Shown here piece by piece: positions 10,577 through 20,280 of a DNA stretch of 64,000 bases; within the stretch, counting starts at the first letter, position 1, and each line of letters begins with the position of its first letter. Source of the DNA: Waddliaceae bacterium (GTDB taxonomy: Bacteria > Chlamydiota > Chlamydiia > Chlamydiales > Waddliaceae). The stretch spans positions 288,001-352,000 of the forward strand of contig CAVRUH010000001.1 of assembly GCA_963724325.1 (NCBI GenBank), given 5' to 3'. The notes beneath the pieces are model-generated. The model saw only the letters and a list, made by a program, of their open reading frames with translations. It did not search any database and was not told the origin of the DNA. The position numbers were made by a program, and so were the translations under genes.

Positions 10577-11441
10577 TTTTACTTCCTAAATGTACAAGGT
10601 ACTGTCCATAGGCGCTTTTACCGAGATTATTACCTAGACGCATTAATTCCTCGCGAGTGATAAATTTCTGTCTGTAGGCGATTTCTTCTAGGGCTGCTAT
10701 GAATAGCCCCTGGCGCTCCTCGATCACCTGAACAAACTGACTAGCCTGCATCAAGCTTTCATATGTTCCTGCATCCAGCCAGGCAAAGCCTCGACCCATG
10801 ACGTTCATATAGACCTGATCTAATTTCAGGTATTCATTATTGACATCGGTGATTTCAAGTTCTCCTCTTGTGGAGGGTTTTAAACTTTTGGCTATCTCTA
10901 CGACTTGATTATCGTAAAAATAGAGTCCTGTCACAGCCAAATTGGACTTAGGATGCTTCGGTTTTTCTTCGATTGAAAGAACTTTTCCATTTGCATTGAT
11001 TTCGGCGACGCCGTAACTGCTTGCATTTTTCACCTCGTATCCAAAGAGAGTAGCCCCGCTCTTCCTAGACTGTGCATCGGCAAGTAATGGTCCAAGGTGA
11101 TTGCCATAAAAAATATTATCTCCGAGAATCAAACAAACAGGATCTTGGCCGATGAATTTCTCACCGATGATGAAAGCTTCGGCTAATCCATTGGGTTTTT
11201 CTTGAATTTCATAGGTAAATTTGACTCCATAATTAGAGCCATCGCCTAATAGACGTTGGAAGAGGAATTGTTCCGCCGGCGTTGTGATGATTAGAATGTC
11301 TTGAATACCCGCCATCATTAAAATTGATAAAGGATAGTAGATCATGGGCTTATTATAAACAGGCAATAATTGTTTTGAGACACTCAAAGTGAGCGGGTGA
11401 AGCCTCGTCCCGCTGCCGCCTGCTAATACAATCCCTTTCAT
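10569..11441 (-). CDS. rmlA: Glucose-1-phosphate thymidylyltransferase
   Basis: [33 protein letters not shown] and RGELEITD motifs. Confidence 0.96.
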   Translation of the reverse strand: MKGIVLAGGSGTRLHPLTLSVSKQLLPVYNKPMIYYPLSILMMAGIQDILIITTPAEQFLFQRLLGDGSNYGVKFTYEIQEKPNGLAEAFIIGEKFIGQDPVCLILGDNIFYGNHLGPLLADAQSRKSGATLFGYEVKNASSYGVAEINANGKVLSIEEKPKHPKSNLAVTGLYFYDNQVVEIAKSLKPSTRGELEITDVNNEYLKLDQVYMNVMGRGFAWLDAGTYESLMQASQFVQVIEERQGLFIAALEEIAYRQKFITREELMRLGNNLGKSAYGQYLVHLGSKNV

Positions 11442-11637
11442 GCTCCAATCCCGCTATAAATATTACAGATACTCTACTTAGTTCCCGACCTATTTGTCAA
11501 TCCTTCTGGAGTAAATAAAATAGATATTTACAAAAAGTAACCAAAAATGCATTTTGAAATTATGACATTTTTCTATTTTTAGGAGGATTTTTCGTGTTTT
11601 TCTTGATAAATATGATTATTTGAGGTAACATTTTTCT

Positions 11638-12906
11638 ATGATTATAGAATTTTCAACAAAAAATTTCAGGTCTTTTAAAGAGTTGGCAACTCTTTCTCTA
11701 GAAGCCGAATCTCTAAAAACAGGAAAAAACGGTCTTATTTCCACTGAATTTGAGATGGAACTTCTTCCCACGATTGGAATCTTTGGCCATAATGCAAGCG
11801 GTAAAAGCAACCTTATTAAAGCTCTTATGTATATGCAATGGGCAATGCTCAACTCAGATTATCTTAATCAGCCCACAACGAAATTTCCATTACTTCAACC
11901 CTTTCTTTTAAATGTTGAGAGTTGTAAGGAACCCTCCTTTTTCCAAATTGTCCTCTGGGACAAAGAAAATAGCTCGGAATATCGATATGGATTTGAAATC
12001 AATTCAGAAAATGTCGTTAGCGAATGGTTAGAAACATTTGCTAAAGTTAAAAAAAATCGACGACGTAGAATGATTTTCCTTAGAAAGGGCCAAGAATTTC
12101 CTGAATTGGATGATAGCGTTAAAAACAGTGTAGGTCATTTGGTCAATAATGTGAGACCCACTGCTTTAGCACTAACAGTTTTTGCTCAATTCGCTGATCC
12201 TATTTCTTCGCAAGTTATAAAACTAATGAATCGACCTAATTTTATGATATTTGATGGGGGAGCAATAGATCCAATGGGATATGCCTTGCAACAATACCAT
12301 GAAAATCCCGAGTTTGCAGTTAGAGTACTGCAATTGCTAAAGAAATTAGATTTAAGTATCCAGGACCTTAAAGTTACTCGAGAACCATTCACTGAAGCCC
12401 ATCTAAAAATTATTCCTAATGAGTTAAAGTCCCTTTTCAATCAACCAAGCGATATATTTCGAGCTGTTACTCTTCACAAAATGTATGGATCTTCAGAAAA
12501 AAATCACACTGTAGAATTTGATTTCAATAATCAGGAATCATTTGGAACTCGACGTTTGTTTGTCCTAATGACTTTACTAGTACAGATTTTGGATATAGGA
12601 GGAATTTTTGTTTTGGATGAACTTGGTTCTAGTATTCATCCTTTTATGAGCAGAGAAATTGTTGCTTTATTTCAAAATCACAATACAAATCCTAAAGGAG
12701 CGCAACTTATTTTCTGTAGTCATGAAACTTATTTGCTCTCAAACCAGGTAGGATTACGACAGGATCAGATTTGGTTTACAGAAAAAAATGCGCAAGAAGA
12801 AACTGTTTTGCATTCATTATCTGAATACAATATGCGAAGTGAATGCGAATTTGAAAAAAACTATCGTCAAGGTCGCTTTGGTGCAGTTCCTGTGATTTGG
12901 TCTTAA
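11638..12906 (+). CDS. AAA_21/RloA-like ATPase (abortive infection or defence associated)
   Basis: NFRSFKE, Walker A GHNASGKSN, ESFGTRR, Walker B VLDELGSSIHP, QLIFCSHE, DQIWF and GRFGAVP motifs. Confidence 0.85.
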   Translation: MIIEFSTKNFRSFKELATLSLEAESLKTGKNGLISTEFEMELLPTIGIFGHNASGKSNLIKALMYMQWAMLNSDYLNQPTTKFPLLQPFLLNVESCKEPSFFQIVLWDKENSSEYRYGFEINSENVVSEWLETFAKVKKNRRRRMIFLRKGQEFPELDDSVKNSVGHLVNNVRPTALALTVFAQFADPISSQVIKLMNRPNFMIFDGGAIDPMGYALQQYHENPEFAVRVLQLLKKLDLSIQDLKVTREPFTEAHLKIIPNELKSLFNQPSDIFRAVTLHKMYGSSEKNHTVEFDFNNQESFGTRRLFVLMTLLVQILDIGGIFVLDELGSSIHPFMSREIVALFQNHNTNPKGAQLIFCSHETYLLSNQVGLRQDQIWFTEKNAQEETVLHSLSEYNMRSECEFEKNYRQGRFGAVPVIWS

Positions 12907-12920
12907 GGGAATTAACCGGA

Positions 12921-13589
12921 ATGCCTAAGCGAAAACAAAAAATAGAACCCTGGCATCTCCGAAAGGAAAGAAAACGCAAAAAACAGATCTTCCCTTTTCG
13001 CAAACGGTACTTGATCTGTACAGAGGGTAAGACAGAAGCGATCTACTTTAGTCACTATAAAAGTTCTACTGGACCCATTGTCGTTCCATTAGATAAATCT
13101 GATCAAAAAGTTAGCTTGGTCAAAAAGACAATAGAAGAAAAAAATACAAGAATCTTAAATGGGGAATTTGATGCAGAAATTGATGAAGTTTGGGTTGTGC
13201 TAGATCGCGATGCAGATCCCCTAAATAAATTTGATAAATCTTATTTTAATCAAGCTTTAGAACTTGCAAATGCAAATAATATTTTCGTTGCATACTCTAA
13301 TGATGCGTTTGAATTATGGCTCCTCCTGCATTACCAAGATCTATGGACGGCGACTCATCGAGATCAACTTTATAAAATGTTATCCATACATAGAAATGGA
13401 AAATATGAAAAAACGGACTGTTTATATGAAGAAATCAAGGACTTCAGAACAATCGCAATAAAAAGGGCTAAAAAATTATTGAAGTTAATAAAAACAACCG
13501 CGAACACCAACCCTTCAACAACTGTTCACATTTTAGTTGAAAAGCTTTTAAATGAACCTGGATATCGAGAAAAAGATCCAATACATTGA
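12921..13589 (+). CDS. RloB family protein
   Basis: LICTEGKTEAIYF, VWVVLDRD, SNDAFELWLLLHY and NPSTTVHILV motifs. Directly follows the RloA-like ATPase. Confidence 0.85.
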   Translation: MPKRKQKIEPWHLRKERKRKKQIFPFRKRYLICTEGKTEAIYFSHYKSSTGPIVVPLDKSDQKVSLVKKTIEEKNTRILNGEFDAEIDEVWVVLDRDADPLNKFDKSYFNQALELANANNIFVAYSNDAFELWLLLHYQDLWTATHRDQLYKMLSIHRNGKYEKTDCLYEEIKDFRTIAIKRAKKLLKLIKTTANTNPSTTVHILVEKLLNEPGYREKDPIH

Positions 13590-14974
13590 ATGACTCCAAG
13601 TATAAGTAAAAAAATCACAAAGGAACTTTTCACTAGAAATAATTCGATGCTTAAGGGAAATTTCAAGAAATAAAATGAAAGTATTATGGAACTTCCGAGA
13701 AGGGCAGTGTTCGTTGCCAGTTTTCTATTCTCTAATGGAATGGGATGCAGCCTTTGACTATGATAAAGATAATAAATCATTAATACGCCATATGAAATAA
13801 ATGTTGCAAAAGCTGCTCCCAATGCACCTTGAGAAGGAATCAGCATGTAATTAAGGATGACATTTGTGATGGCTCCCCACCAAGCCCCATATGCCAAATA
13901 TTTAGTCTCCTTTTTCAATGAAATGCCAATCGTACTAAATTCTGTCGTTCCAAAAAGAATGATTCCTGCAACACTGAAAATGACAATCGCATTAGCATCG
14001 CTAAATTCCCTTGGGGTTGTATAAGCAAAGAACTCTGGAGAAAACAGCATGAGGCATGTTCCACATAATATCAACACAAAATACCATGAAGTAAACACAC
14101 GGCTGTACGTGGAAGCATAATCTTCCGCGCTTTCATATAATTTATAGGCATGGGGATTCCAAGACTGTCCGAAAGCAGTCTTAAGCATCATGAGAATTAA
14201 CGAAATTTTTAGAGCAATACTATATAATCCCAATTCATGCAATGTACTGAGTTCGCCTAGCATCCATCGATCCATAGAGTTGAATACCCAGAAAGCAACC
14301 CCGGTAATAATAAATGGGCTGCCGAACGACATAATTTCTCTCACAAAATGTACGTCAAACCTCCATGTAAGCTCATTTTTGATGAACCATAACCCAATGG
14401 GAAGAACCAAAATGCTGGCGATGAAGGCTCCTAAAATAAATCCCGTGATTCCCAAATTGAGCCCCGCCACCAAGAATAGCCCACAGGCCACATTGAATGT
14501 GTTAAAACAAAGAGTGTGCAAAGAAAACTTCCATGGTGAAAAATTAAGTCTCAGAACACAAGAGGCTAGGATGCTGATTTGGGTAGGGATGATGGTTAAA
14601 ATTGAAAATACAATGTAATGCCATTCAAGAAGAAATTTATCATAAAGGGCAATACGAAGGGGATAAAGAATAGAAATAAATGCCAAAGAAAGTGTCAATG
14701 AGGAGATCAGAAGAAATAATAGACTTGTTGACACCAAGACTTTTCTTCGTTCGTGGGAAATCCCTTCTTCAAAGTAGTATCGTTGAATGGTATTGTGAAC
14801 ACCGCCGTAAAAGACTGAAAGCAACCCGCTAATAGTTAACGTCAATCCGATGGTTCCAAATTCCTCCACACTCAACAAGTGGGCAAAAATTGGAAACGTG
14901 CAGAAATTTACAAACCTGAACACCACATCGGCCAAGCCATAGATCATCGAATCTTTTAATACCGCTTTCAGCAT
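13526..14974 (-). CDS. Wzx-like oligosaccharide flippase
   Basis: Highly hydrophobic 482-aa protein. KDSMIYG..., DRWMLGE..LGLYSIA and LIPSQGALGAAFAT are typical of the MOP family. Confidence 0.88.
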   Translation of the reverse strand: MLKAVLKDSMIYGLADVVFRFVNFCTFPIFAHLLSVEEFGTIGLTLTISGLLSVFYGGVHNTIQRYYFEEGISHERRKVLVSTSLLFLLISSLTLSLAFISILYPLRIALYDKFLLEWHYIVFSILTIIPTQISILASCVLRLNFSPWKFSLHTLCFNTFNVACGLFLVAGLNLGITGFILGAFIASILVLPIGLWFIKNELTWRFDVHFVREIMSFGSPFIITGVAFWVFNSMDRWMLGELSTLHELGLYSIALKISLILMMLKTAFGQSWNPHAYKLYESAEDYASTYSRVFTSWYFVLILCGTCLMLFSPEFFAYTTPREFSDANAIVIFSVAGIILFGTTEFSTIGISLKKETKYLAYGAWWGAITNVILNYMLIPSQGALGAAFATFISYGVLMIYYLYHSQRLHPIPLENRKLATNTALLGSSIILSFYFLKFPLSIELFLVKSSFVIFLLILGVIQCIGSFSRYPGSFKSFSTKM

Positions 14975-15118
14975 TCAATGGATTATACCGGCGCCCGCCA
15001 ACTTTGTCCACTGTCATGCAAAAGTAGGTACAAAAAATCACGAAAAACGAGACTAATACTCCGAAAGCTTTTTAGTCGACTAGTAAATTTTTGCAAAATT
15101 AGGTAAAATTGGGAACTT

Positions 15119-15304
15119 TTGAAATCTGTGGATGATACGACAGTGTGCTGGCCAAATGAGGTGGATTTTTGTCCTGACGTATTATACGAAATAGGAAAGT
15201 CAGTTAAGGTGGTCAAAACAAGTCCAAAAACTCCACGAAGAAAGGTATCGCCCATCACTCATACACGCAAATCTCTTCCGGCAATGCATACAAAATCAAA
15301 ATAG
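15119..15304 (+). pseudogene. Fragment of a DUF2442-like (TA-associated) gene
   Basis: TVCWPNEVDFCPDVLYE resembles the C-terminal motif of DUF2442 proteins. The N-terminal half is missing. Confidence 0.55.
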
Positions 15305-15317
15305 ATCAATTCATACC

Positions 15318-16007
15318 TCAAAGAGAAACAACAGTCCCGTTACGGCTTGGGGTTTTGTCTCTTCTGTAGGAGAAAAATTTGTCTGTGTCGGAAAAGGTAT
15401 CCATTTCGGCTAGCTGTATATGATGAGGAAGGATGCCTACCTGTTGCAGCTGCAAGCGGCTGATCGCCCAAAAATCAAAATAATAAGGCTTTACCTGAAA
15501 TTCCCAAAAGGACTCAGGAAGCTCTTGCTTGTAGTTAATGAATTGCGCATTTTCAGGACCTAGGCTCGGCGAAATAGCAACCAATAAGTCTTCAGGCTTT
15601 GTATTGAACTTGTTTTTCATATATTGTGCAGTTTCCGCATAGATATTCTGCACGCTGCCTCGCCAACCCGAATGAACATTTGCCAAAATACGATGAATTG
15701 GATCATAAAAAATTGCAGATTGGCAATCGGCGTGGCAAATAATTAGACCCAATCCGGGAACATCTGTCACTAAGGCATCACAAAATGGAATGATTTTGTC
15801 ATCAGCAAAATAAGCAACCTCTTTTCCATGACACTGTTTTGAAGATGATACAGAAGTAATCTGCAAGGCTTGCATCACACTATTTTTCGCAACGCTATTT
15901 CGAAAATCCAAGTCGCCGTTTTTGAGGAAAACTCCGTGCTTCAGCCCCTCATTCGCCAATAATTCAAATTCCAGCCAGTGAATGTCGTCTTGTTTTCGAT
16001 ATATCAT
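15318..16007 (-). CDS. pgeF: YfiH/PgeF family protein
   Basis: QCHG, DALVT, HADC, HSGWRG and FFSYRR motifs. Confidence 0.88.
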   Translation of the reverse strand: MIYRKQDDIHWLEFELLANEGLKHGVFLKNGDLDFRNSVAKNSVMQALQITSVSSSKQCHGKEVAYFADDKIIPFCDALVTDVPGLGLIICHADCQSAIFYDPIHRILANVHSGWRGSVQNIYAETAQYMKNKFNTKPEDLLVAISPSLGPENAQFINYKQELPESFWEFQVKPYYFDFWAISRLQLQQVGILPHHIQLAEMDTFSDTDKFFSYRRDKTPSRNGTVVSL

Positions 16008-16024
16008 TATATTATAGTGATGAT

Positions 16025-17557
16025 ATGAAAACAGAAAGAGAAAATCAACTCGAAAAACTGCAGCGCGATTCTTTTGACATTCTTGTCATTGGAGGGGGCG
16101 CTACAGGAGCTGGCATCGCCTTGGATGCTGCTACACGGGGCTATAAGGCGGCATTAGTCGAAGCAGAAGATTTTGCATCGGGAACTTCAAGCCGCTCCAC
16201 AAAGCTTCTTCATGGGGGTGTCAGGTATCTTGAGGAAGCCGTCAAGCATCTCAACATCAATGAATTCAAAATGGTCAAACATTCTCTCCACGAACGTTCT
16301 ACATTGCTTTCGATTGCCCCGCATCTGACCAAATTGCTTCCCATTTTCATTCCAACCTATACTTTATGGGATAAATTCTATTATGGCATTGGAATGAAAA
16401 TCTACGATCTTATGTCAGGGTCACATGGATTAAAATCGAGTCATTTTGTCTCCAAGAAGGAGTCTCAAAAGCTTTTTCCATTATTAGATGACAAAAATCT
16501 GAAAGGAGGAATCATCTATTACGATGGGCAATTTGATGATGCTCGCATGAATATCAGCCTCGCTATCACTGCGGCTTCCTATGGAGCAGCCATTGCAAAT
16601 TATGTTTCTGTAGTAGCCTTGAAAGAAAATGGGGCCATCGTCAAAGACAAATTCTCCGGCAAAGAATGGGAAATTCATGCCAACCTCATAGTCAATGCCA
16701 CGGGTCCCTTTGCCGACAGTATTAGACTCATGGACAATCCACATACTCCAAACGTAATGAAAGGAAGTGCAGGAACTCATATTTTGTTAGACCGCTCGTT
16801 CTGTCCTCATGAAACAGGAATTCTCATTCCCAAGACACCCGACGGTCGAGTTATCTTTATTTTGCCATGGGAAGAAAGCACTTTAGTTGGAACCACTGAT
16901 ATTCCAGCGAAAATTGTTCAAGATCCCCAACCTACCGATGAAGAAATTGAATTTCTCCTTAATACCATTAATAAATATTTAAGTCGCCAGGTGACTCGTG
17001 CTGATATTAAATCGAGCTGGTGCGGGATTCGTCCATTGGTGCAGGAGAATAGTACAACGGAGACGGCAAAATTAAGCCGAGATTATAAAATTGAGGTTTC
17101 AACAACAGGACTTTACTCCATTATGGGAGGGAAATGGACCTCATATCGTTTGATGGGGGAAGATCTTCTCAATACGGCGATAACTAATGGTGATTTACCC
17201 TTTAAAGGCAAATGTGTGACCAAAATAACGTCTCTTGTTGGTGCGCAAAATCCGCTTCCTGTATTGGAAACCAAGCTTGATGCTGATATCATTGCTCATC
17301 TTTTGCATGCCTATGGAGACCGGGCTGATCAGGTAGTTGAAATCGCTGAATCGGGTTATTCCCAAAGGCTGGCAATTGGCTATCCATACATTGAGGCCGA
17401 GGTGATCTACGCCGCAAAACATGAATATGCCTGCACAGAGATGGATGTTTTATCTCGCCGCACCCGTCTTTTCACGCAAGACGAAGCAGCAGCACAAGCT
17501 GCAATTCCAACAGTCCGAAAACTTTTATCCGCCTTAAAATTCTTGACTCCATTTTAA
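16025..17557 (+). CDS. glpD: FAD-dependent glycerol-3-phosphate dehydrogenase
   Basis: IGGGATGAG, DFASGTSSRSTKLLHGGVRYLE, DDARM, NATGP and GGKWTSYR motifs. Confidence 0.93.
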   Translation: MKTERENQLEKLQRDSFDILVIGGGATGAGIALDAATRGYKAALVEAEDFASGTSSRSTKLLHGGVRYLEEAVKHLNINEFKMVKHSLHERSTLLSIAPHLTKLLPIFIPTYTLWDKFYYGIGMKIYDLMSGSHGLKSSHFVSKKESQKLFPLLDDKNLKGGIIYYDGQFDDARMNISLAITAASYGAAIANYVSVVALKENGAIVKDKFSGKEWEIHANLIVNATGPFADSIRLMDNPHTPNVMKGSAGTHILLDRSFCPHETGILIPKTPDGRVIFILPWEESTLVGTTDIPAKIVQDPQPTDEEIEFLLNTINKYLSRQVTRADIKSSWCGIRPLVQENSTTETAKLSRDYKIEVSTTGLYSIMGGKWTSYRLMGEDLLNTAITNGDLPFKGKCVTKITSLVGAQNPLPVLETKLDADIIAHLLHAYGDRADQVVEIAESGYSQRLAIGYPYIEAEVIYAAKHEYACTEMDVLSRRTRLFTQDEAAAQAAIPTVRKLLSALKFLTPF

Positions 17558-17600
17558 TCATCATTTAGGTTTGAAATAATTCAATAATGAGGAGAATAAG

Positions 17601-19142
17601 ATGATTGTTCAAGAAGCATATTTCAGATTAGCAACGCGGCAAGAAACTGTGAAAGCCAAAGGCGATTGCCTTGAACAAAGACTTTCAAGCATTTGGCAAG
17701 GGATTAACTACATTCAAGGTACGATTGACCTTTTGTGGAAAGGTGCAGACCTTTTAGCTTGGGATACACCTCCGACCCTAAAAGCAGCGCATTGGATCAC
17801 TAAACAGCTAGGCTGGGCTCCACACCACGACCTCTTTAAAGAAACAATGAATTATCGTTATGAAAACTATAAGCTTATTCCGATGCACACACACCAAATA
17901 ACAAATGAAGTTGTCATGAAAGCCTTTTTTAAGGAACATCGAAATGATGAAATTTTTACTCCTAATAAGTCATTTAAAAAGCTATTCGAGATCGTAAAAA
18001 AGACATTTCCTGAAACACAATTTACAGAAGAAGACCTCATATTAACCTGTGGCAAGGATTCCACCAAATTTTATCACAAGTTATTTGCAGACCCAATGAA
18101 AGGCGATTGGATGAAAGAAATCATTAATAAGGAAGTCCAATTAGCATTTAAGGACTGGACAGCACGCTGTGCCAACAATCGTTACATCAATATCACTGAG
18201 GAAACTCGAGTTCTTGCATCAAGAATCATCAGCCGCGTTTTATTCGGTCAAAAACAAGACGATATAAGACTTTGTAATTCATTAAATTTTATCAGTAATT
18301 TTTCCGTAAAAGAAATGACAGGAAAAGCTACAGCGGAAGATCGAATAAAGTTTGGTAAAGCCTTAAATGACTTGCGAATTGCCACAGGTATAATTATTTG
18401 CAGTAGGCATCCGATACCCCTTTTTGGTGAAAAACTTGAGACCCCTCCACCTCAACGAAAAGAAGACCCTGACATAGTAATAGAAACGTTTCCTCCTGAA
18501 GAGCTGGAACATTTTAAAGAAGCATCCAAAAATATTGGAGATGCAGAAAGTGACATCTACCGTCAAAGAAAGGACAATGGCATTCTTAGCCATGCAAAAA
18601 TGCAAGCAATGATATTCACTGCACTTTTCGCAGGGCAAGAAACTACGGCTGTTTTGATGGGCCATATAATGGCACAGCTTGGTATTAACCCGGAACAAGT
18701 TGAACGCTTAAATCAAGATAGTATCATGAATATCTTTACTAGATCCATTCATGATTTTACTCCTGCATTTGCCGTAGGACGGGTAGCAAGGGACAATATT
18801 GTCCTTGAATATAAGTTAGAAGGTGAAAACAAATTCAGAAATGTCTTCTTTCCTAAAGACGATATTTTAGCCGGACGTATCATCACTATAGCGGAAAAAA
18901 CTATTCTTCCTGAAGAAGGCAAACTGCCACCCTATTCAAAATGGAAGCCTTTTGGTGGCGGACTGCATAGGTGTCCCGGAGAAAACCTTGCTGTTAATGA
19001 GGTTTCAGCTTTAATTGAAGAACTCAAAAAAGGCTATAAAATTACAATGCATCCCGATGTAGGCGAACTCAAAAAGCTTGGAAGGATTACCTTGCAATAC
19101 GACCAGGACATTATCGTTCACATAGAAAAAATTGATAACTAA
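17601..19142 (+). CDS. Divergent cytochrome P450
   Basis: I-helix AGQETT and heme-binding PFGGGLHRCPGE motifs. Confidence 0.8.
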   Translation: MIVQEAYFRLATRQETVKAKGDCLEQRLSSIWQGINYIQGTIDLLWKGADLLAWDTPPTLKAAHWITKQLGWAPHHDLFKETMNYRYENYKLIPMHTHQITNEVVMKAFFKEHRNDEIFTPNKSFKKLFEIVKKTFPETQFTEEDLILTCGKDSTKFYHKLFADPMKGDWMKEIINKEVQLAFKDWTARCANNRYINITEETRVLASRIISRVLFGQKQDDIRLCNSLNFISNFSVKEMTGKATAEDRIKFGKALNDLRIATGIIICSRHPIPLFGEKLETPPPQRKEDPDIVIETFPPEELEHFKEASKNIGDAESDIYRQRKDNGILSHAKMQAMIFTALFAGQETTAVLMGHIMAQLGINPEQVERLNQDSIMNIFTRSIHDFTPAFAVGRVARDNIVLEYKLEGENKFRNVFFPKDDILAGRIITIAEKTILPEEGKLPPYSKWKPFGGGLHRCPGENLAVNEVSALIEELKKGYKITMHPDVGELKKLGRITLQYDQDIIVHIEKIDN

Positions 19143-19147
19143 AAAAA

Positions 19148-19190
19148 GGACATAGAGGACCTAAATGCCGTTTTTAGGTCCTTTTTGTCC
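19148..19190. terminator. Hairpin after the P450 gene (terminator or small palindromic repeat)
   Basis: GGACATAGAGGACCTAAA pairs imperfectly with TTTAGGTCCTTTTTGTCC. Confidence 0.55.
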
Positions 19191-19194
19191 CTTA

Positions 19195-19326
19195 CGCATC
19201 AACTAAAAAAAAATTTTAACACCGAGTTCACAGAGAAAATAGAGGGGCACAGAGCTATTTTATACTCAATGATCTCTCTTGTGTTCTCTCGTGTTCTCTG
19301 TGGTAAAAGATGTTTTAGGTTGGTGC
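19195..19326. repeat. Imperfect long inverted repeat with ~9-nt CACAGAG-type subunits
   Basis: Left arm has caccgag/cacagag/cacagag, right arm has gtgttctct repeats. The reverse complement of the right arm resembles positions 31-84. Confidence 0.65.
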
Positions 19327-19562
19327 ATATGCCCACTTTTCTTTAAAATGGGGAAAGTAGAGATGACAATAGATAAGATCCCACGATATTCCTTTTCAAT
19401 TTGAAGGAAAATCTTTATATTGGATTTTTTGCTTTACAGTCAATGAAAAAAATGAAATTTTCTGAAGTTACTTGTGAATATATTTAGGACGCCAAAATTG
19501 GAATCAAAGCAATAGCAAATGCAGCAATTCCAAGAGTGCGAAAATTGTTAACTGAAGGAAAT

Positions 19563-19868
19563 TTATAGTAAGTGGCGAGGCCTGTAATAGCCCTTGTCTA
19601 CAACTTCTAAAAGACGAGAAGCCGCGTGGCTGGGAACACGTCTTCCCGACTCCCAAGATTGTACAGTTTTAAGACTAACGTTGAGAAATTTAGCAAATAG
19701 ACTTTGAGGATAGTGTAATTCTGTACGGATTCTCTTCACTTCTTTTGCAGTATAACTTGCTGCTGGTTCAGGAACTTCAATCTCATGTATCCTTAACTTT
19801 TTTTTACCTTTTTGGTGATCGAGAATATCACCTAAACCTTCTTTAAGAAGGTCAAACATCTCACCCAT
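19563..19868 (-). CDS. HigA-like XRE/HTH antitoxin
   Basis: QSLFAKFLNVSLKTVQSWESGRRVPS helix-turn-helix. Lies downstream of a RelE/HigB toxin. Confidence 0.88.
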   Translation of the reverse strand: MGEMFDLLKEGLGDILDHQKGKKKLRIHEIEVPEPAASYTAKEVKRIRTELHYPQSLFAKFLNVSLKTVQSWESGRRVPSHAASRLLEVVDKGYYRPRHLL

Positions 19869-19895
19869 TTTGAACTCCTTTTTTGATGAGTTTAA

Positions 19896-20213
19896 TCATA
19901 CTAAGGACAACCGCTTTTCATCAGAGGTCAAATCCTCTTTCACGTTTTTGGGGTACAACACCACAAGATACGTTATTCCTACATCGGGAAAATCTAAATA
20001 ATCAATTCGAAAACCACCACTTTTCCCCTTATTGGTTGATCTCAGACGAATTTTCCTCAAGCCTGCCATACCAGTAATGACTTTCCCAAGTTTAGGATTT
20101 TGAAGTAGCTCCTTTTCAAAGTCTACAAAATCATCTTCTAAAAGTTTCCTTTCTTCAACTAATCGATCATAGATTCTGGTAAAAACTGTGGTCTGAATAA
20201 ACATTCGCTTCAT
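19896..20213 (-). CDS. HigB-2/RelE-like toxin (possible frameshift near the C-terminus)
   Basis: FIQTTVF, GLRKIR, KGKSGGFRIDY and YPKNVKEDLT motifs. Confidence 0.85.
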   Translation of the reverse strand: MKRMFIQTTVFTRIYDRLVEERKLLEDDFVDFEKELLQNPKLGKVITGMAGLRKIRLRSTNKGKSGGFRIDYLDFPDVGITYLVVLYPKNVKEDLTSDEKRLSLV

Positions 20214-20280
20214 AGCCTAATTGTACTACAAGGTAACATAAAAAGTCAAATATAAGTGTCCTGGAGAAAACCATTCTTTG

